DNA from: Bugula neritina
Taxonomy: Eukaryota; Animalia; Bryozoa
Direction of reading: 5' to 3'
Assembly (NCBI GenBank): GCA_964035545.1
Contig: OZ037765.1
Location: 2,480,001-2,544,000 of the forward strand
Length of the DNA: 64,000 nucleotides
Shown: positions 55,130-64,000 of the stretch, piece after piece
Layout: every line of letters begins with the position of its first letter
How positions within the stretch are numbered: position 1 is the stretch's first letter
Notes under the pieces: model-generated
The model's database searches: none
Told to the model about the DNA's origin: nothing
The model's input: only the letters and a program-made list of their open reading frames with translations
Position numbers and translations under genes: made by a program

Positions 55130-55340
55130 CTACGAGCGCATGAAGTCTGAGGTCATAAAAGATATAGAAGCTGGAGTTCAACTGTCCTTCAATGTGTGTC
55201 GGAAGGGTAGCAACAGCGCCGTAACTTGCAGCTCTTGTGACCGCCTTCCTCAGGCCTGGTATTTATACAATGCTGCAGCCAATTAAAATGCTCAAATACC
55301 AAAATGATGTGTCATCATGGAAAAACGGGAATCCCCATGA
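55130..55340 (-). promoter_or_regulatory. Putative TINAGL1 core promoter and non-coding first exon
   Basis: TATAAATA on the minus strand (55267-55260), an Inr-like TCA ~25-30 nt downstream, CCAAT at 55279, the kappaB consensus GGGAATCCCC at 55327-55336, and a donor TAG|GTATAT at 55130. Confidence 0.6.
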
Positions 55341-56497
55341 ACTTGAGCTCTTTGTACATCAACTAGAAGGAAGTTAGTGTTTTTCTTCAACTGCAAACTG
55401 TGCAATCTGCGTGATAGCCATTCTCTGAAATACTTAGCAACAATGCCACCCAATCAAAATGAATAGCTTATGTACACAGAGATTTTATCACTCTGCTATA
55501 ACATAATATACTAAAAGCATCTAACTGCTGTACCACATTTGCTGTTGTTTATATACACAGACTGCTTTTTCATAGTTGTTATTTATACCACAATAAACTA
55601 TAAAATAAATTCTCTGAACATGTACAAATAGAGAAAACTTTATAGTTATCTATATGATGCATCTCATACTGTTTCTGTAATAGATCAAATACATCAACCT
55701 GTGAACTTAGAGCAACCTATATAGTAAATTATATATTTTCATATAACTACTGGCATCCTATATATTGAGTGTTTGAAATATTATAACATTGCATGGTGCA
55801 TGCCAGTAAGTAGCAAATATTGTGCTTTTGTGGGAAAAGTAAATTATTAGTAACTAACATTACGTTTTAATCAATATTGCTTTAGGAATGCCTATTGTTA
55901 TTAAAGATGGTTTAGTGCTGCTGTTCATTTTGAGCTGAACTGGTCTAAAAGAAGATAACTTCGTTGCTCCAAGGTTTAGGCGTAGTCTCAAATCTCACAT
56001 TATTTTGAAAGGCAATAGTTGGGGCATAACTAGTGATGCGTTTCAATCATCTCATATTGTGCAAGACTATAAAAAATCAGCAGTGAGCCCAATTCTATTC
56101 TTTATTTGAATAAATTCTTGTCAACAAACCTGATGAAACCGATGACTAATTTGACCGATTTATAAATCTAGCATGTTCCAGATTGTTTCTGATGATTTGA
56201 GTGCTACGTGTAATAAATTTTTGACATTTGAAATGCATGTATATAATGTGACTGTAAACTCTGCAAAAACATAACTACGCTCTTTGTCGTTGTCGAAATC
56301 AATTACATTCAGAATCAGTGTGACTCACATTGTCATTGTGATTGACATTGTGATTGTCATTGTGATTGTGAGTATCAATATCAAATTAATACCATTGTCA
56401 TTGAGTTTGACATTTTTATTTTGATTCTCTCTGATAAAACCATAGTTGTAGTGATACTGATAGTGATACTCGTACTGATTCCAATTTCTTATTAAAT

Positions 56498-56596
56498 AAC
56501 TCTCGGTCAGAAAAATCAAAGGTAAAAATGATGATCAGAGAAATAAGTTATTTCTCTGATCATCATCTTTACCTTTGATTTTTCTGACCGAGAGTT
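56498..56596. repeat. 99-bp near-perfect palindrome (49-bp arms, 1-nt spacer, 1 mismatch)
   Basis: AACTCTCGGTCAGAAAAATCAAAGGTAAAAATGATGATCAGAGAAATAA-G-TTATTTCTCTGATCATCATCTTTACCTTTGATTTTTCTGACCGAGAGTT, centred on 56547. Confidence 0.95.
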
Positions 56597-57537
56597 TCAA
56601 TTTACTAAATTTAATGTTGATGTTGTTTTGATTCATTCGCCTTCTGCATTCACACTGTGATTCCTCATAGTGATACTCTGATAGTGATTGTCATGCTCAT
56701 AGTGATACTGGTAGTGATACTTATAGTTGTTGTTTTTTGTCATTTTAGTTAAGACTGGTAACTCGGTCGTTTTGAAATTTTGTTCACAATTTCCATTTCT
56801 AATTTCGTATTCAATTAAACTAACTCCCAGGCCTTAGTCTTAGTACTACGTCTACTGGTCCCAGTACTAACACTAATAGTAGCTGTTATACTAATAGTAA
56901 TAGCAATTTATAACTGTGATGCTAGTTCAGTAATTAAAATTGCATCACGGATGACGCTAGGCAGTATTTCAATTACTTAATTGCTAAGCCCAATGGGCAT
57001 TGTTTATAATTTTAGTTGTCTATAGATTATCGCATTAGATGAACATTACATTTTAATAAAGATTTAGTCCTATTTGTTTTTGTACTTAACTAGTTATTCT
57101 TTTTTTTGTAGTTATGATTGTTGCTGTGATTGTAGTAGTTATAACTAATTCAGTTTTTAGTTCAAACCACCTTGCTATTACTGAGTACTAGCGATAGTTT
57201 TAACGTATATCTTCAGTCACTGCTGTCGGTATAAAATTGAAGCAAAGAATGAAATTATAGATATAGATCTATATTTATTTTATTTGAAATTGGCTATATG
57301 CCAGTATCAAACTATATTGGCTGTCTTGAAAAGCTTACATTTTTTTCTAGTATAAATATCAAACTCACCCTTACACTATGTTGTATAGTTTATGGCAAGA
57401 ATTCTGATTTCTGGTTATGTGAGCCATAGTTGATTGAACGCTATCTGCAAATGTATGATAATAGATTGGTCATGTGACTATTGCTTGTTTTTGTTTTAGT
57501 GGCTAGAATAGATTTGACCTCAGAAAATTGAAGGATC

Positions 57538-59192
57538 ATGGAAGAAAACGGAACTTATGACAAAACTATTGAGAACTACAATGATGTAATGTTGGAACTA
57601 CAAACTCTAATTCAAAATACAACTGATTCGAAACTACTTCAGGTATACAAAAGACTAGAAAAGAAGCTAAAAGCTGACTATAAGGTGTTTCAAACTCAGT
57701 TGACTTGTAAAAATAAATGTTCCAGTAATTTGCCTTATTTAATCGGAGTGTTTAATGTTGTAAAACAGTCTGCTAATGTACAACAAGTCATTTGTGATAT
57801 GAGAAAGCATAAGTTGATAATCGATGTGATATGCGATGATGGTAGAACATGGAAGAAGGTGGTAGCTCGAAATCCTCAATCTTTGCATTTAATTTGGGCC
57901 AGTGATGGTCAGTATGGAAATAAAGATTCTGTCATAAAAATTCAGAAATATATCGCAGCTGCTCGCACTGAATCCGACTTTGCACCACCAAAAGTCGTCA
58001 GTGTGTTTACTAATGGTGTAACATTTGAAATGGCCAAGTGTTTGGAAGATCTTGGCGCAGAAGTAGAGGGAGAGCGAGTTGCTGTATCCGAAGACACTCT
58101 TCGTAGGCTTCACTTTGACGATCAGTCAAGTGATGGGTACTCCTCAGACGACGAGAAATGGGAGCAAGATGATCGAAATTCAGACGATTTAACAGAAGCT
58201 GCCAAAAATGAAGCAGCCGTAGCGGAGGTTGATTCAGTGGCATATCTTAGAGCATTAGATACTGATAAAAAGATTTTTCTAGATGTAACGTCAATGGTAA
58301 TCCATGTGTCTGATGTTTGCAATGGTGGTGAGCATTTTAGTTTCAAGGACAAACTAATGGCAGAGCAGGCTGAGGACGAAAGGACAACTCCAGTAAAACC
58401 TCTATTAGTGGAATACATGAGGAATAAGAAGTTGATAACATGTCAAGCAGCTTTAAATAACTTTCGAGACTTCTTAGAGTTGCTGGGCGGGGAGAAGGAG
58501 AAGCAGAGGGCAGCAGAGCTGATTGAAAGTCTGGTGGTTGTCCCGGACTGCATTTCTGATAAGTTTAAAGCTCTGAAGATTGGTGGGAAGGTGAGTAACG
58601 GAGTTATGTGGACCAGAAAGATTACAGTTGATAATGTGCTAGTTTTTCCACACTTGGTAAAACTGTTTTGCATGGCATCAGATCATATAGGCTAAGCGAT
58701 CTTTTTGTTAAAATAATTATATTATTATTTATTAATATGTTTTGACCAAAATGCATGAAGCACCGCATTAGCTTTAAAATGTTTAAACACCAAAGTGCAA
58801 ACTGTATATCAGGTACCCAGGGATATTTTTCATGTTTCAACAGTTGAATTTTCTGATTGATGTATGTGAATGTGCTGGCGTGTGAACAGTTCATAACATA
58901 TATTTTCCTTTATTTATCAAATAATCAACATGTCTCATTAGCCAATCTTGTATAGTGTATAACACTGCTATGCTGAATAATTCAGGTTTAATAATTATTG
59001 TGACAGATCAAGGAAAGATCGGTTGCGATATTTGGCACAGCAGACATGTTGAAGTGCTTTATGCTGACGTCAAATGAGAGTTTCATTCGTGCAGTTGCTG
59101 CCCGAGGAATTACTGTTTCCGCTTTTGTTCATCAGTCTAGAGCCCTGAGTGAGCTGAAAAGACTGGAGGAAACACAGAATGAGGCTTCATAA
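57538..59192 (+). CDS. C7orf25: UPF0415 protein C7orf25 homolog (DUF1308 family), 2 coding exons
   Basis: Exons 57538-58590 and 59007-59192. Motifs: SSNLPYL, IDVICDDGRTWKKVVARNP, FLDVTSMVIHVSDVCNGG, LLGGEKEKQRA, IFGTAD..TSNESFIRA..G..FVHQSRALSE. The ORF-track tail after 58590 is intron read-through. Confidence 0.88.
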
Positions 59193-60386
59193 CTTGAAAG
59201 CTGTACCTGTACCTGTATATCAGTACGTGTATTTGTATATTATTAAAAAACAATTTCGTAGAAACATTAAGTTGATAAAAAAATTACTTTTGTACCTTGA
59301 CATTTTTTAGTGATGAAGTTTGTGTGAAAATTAGTAGATAATAAAATCAGCTTTAGAAAGTTGTTGAATTCTTGCCAGTAGCCCGTGCAATCTATTAGCT
59401 GCCCCTGGTCTTTATTTGAAGTGTAATCACTGTGCCTTTGCATGTGATGGAAGAAAGGAGTCTGGCACAGACATGGACTTTACAATCTGTTATCAGGTCA
59501 TGCACTCTACACAGGTGGCACTTCAATACCTATCTTATCTTATGTTCTGATTATACTTTATTTTGTGAGTTTCTTTGTTAATAATTAACTCATATATGGT
59601 CCTAGACACACCAGCTATTATCTCTTGCGTCAGCTTTAATTGCCAGTTCTGTGTACTGAACATAAAACTGTTTTTTTCTATTAAAGAACTTTGATTAGCA
59701 ACAAGTAGACAACTTTTTGCATGTTGTTACTTCTCATTATTTTGCTGACATTTTTTTTCCAATTTCTAACATACTATTCTCTTCATGCAAATATTTGTTG
59801 ATAATAAACTTAGAATGATTATGCTCAATTTAAATATAGATACGCATGCATATTAGACATGAAAGTAATGACCAAAGTTAGGCTTTTAGAGGTTTGGGGT
59901 TTAGAAATCTATGCATAACATAAACTCATACTAAGGCATGTTCTTCAACATGTATTTGTCACTAAAATTGAGAGAAAAATTAAATATCCATTTTTATCAA
60001 GATTATTAAACAACCACAGCATGTGAACCACAGAAGTTTAAAGAGTAGTAAGAAGGTTTACTACTCAAATTTCTTAAGACTGTAGGGAGATATAATCACA
60101 AATATAGATAGCATCATTGTATACAATTCCAGTAAGCTATCCACTCTATCCACATATAAACATATATAGTGAAGCCTTCTAAATATATCTCAGTAATACT
60201 CTGTACATTCCCAGTTGGCTCAGCTTTCTCTCCAGCACTACAATGTGCAGCCAACTCCAATAACACAGTCTCGTCTTTTCAATACTTTTAAAGGTGAATA
60301 ACATTTCACTGAATTAAGTTGAAAATACTTCCAGGAATGATAAAACATCCAATCACCTTCAAGATGAATGAAAAGAGACCTTGACC

Positions 60387-64000
<3,614 letters not shown>

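Noticed and set aside
56131-56192. C/D box snoRNA (TGATGA...CTGA)
   Set aside because: No terminal stem and no recognisable rRNA antisense element. These motifs are expected by chance.

Overview
AT-rich, intron-rich animal genomic DNA. It is probably an invertebrate; that is an inference from composition and gene structure. Seven spliced protein-coding genes were reconstructed by hand, with GT-AG junctions and reading phases checked: TCTN2-like tectonic (-, runs off the left edge), RUNDC1 (+), SRP68 (-), SPT16/SUPT16H (+), a TINAGL1/Swim-like inactive cathepsin-B family protein (-), a UPF0415/C7orf25 homolog (+) and the 3' part of TFB1M (-, runs off the right edge). Small mobile elements comprise a Harbinger-type MITE, a Tc1/mariner-type MITE and two copies of a tRNA-derived SINE. 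The most striking unexplained pattern is that more than 15 introns of TCTN2, RUNDC1, SRP68 and SPT16 carry private tandem repeats that begin at, end at, or contain the splice junction. These create arrays of decoy donors or acceptors, up to 11 copies. One of them offers an in-frame 18-aa insertion in SPT16. A second pattern is drifting 3/6-bp-periodic tracts in promoter-proximal sequence of six of the genes. There is also a near-perfect 99-bp palindrome, an unusually long modular N-terminus on TCTN2, and a TATA + kappaB promoter with a uORF on the TINAGL1-like gene. Most long ORFs in the supplied track are artefacts of these repeats.
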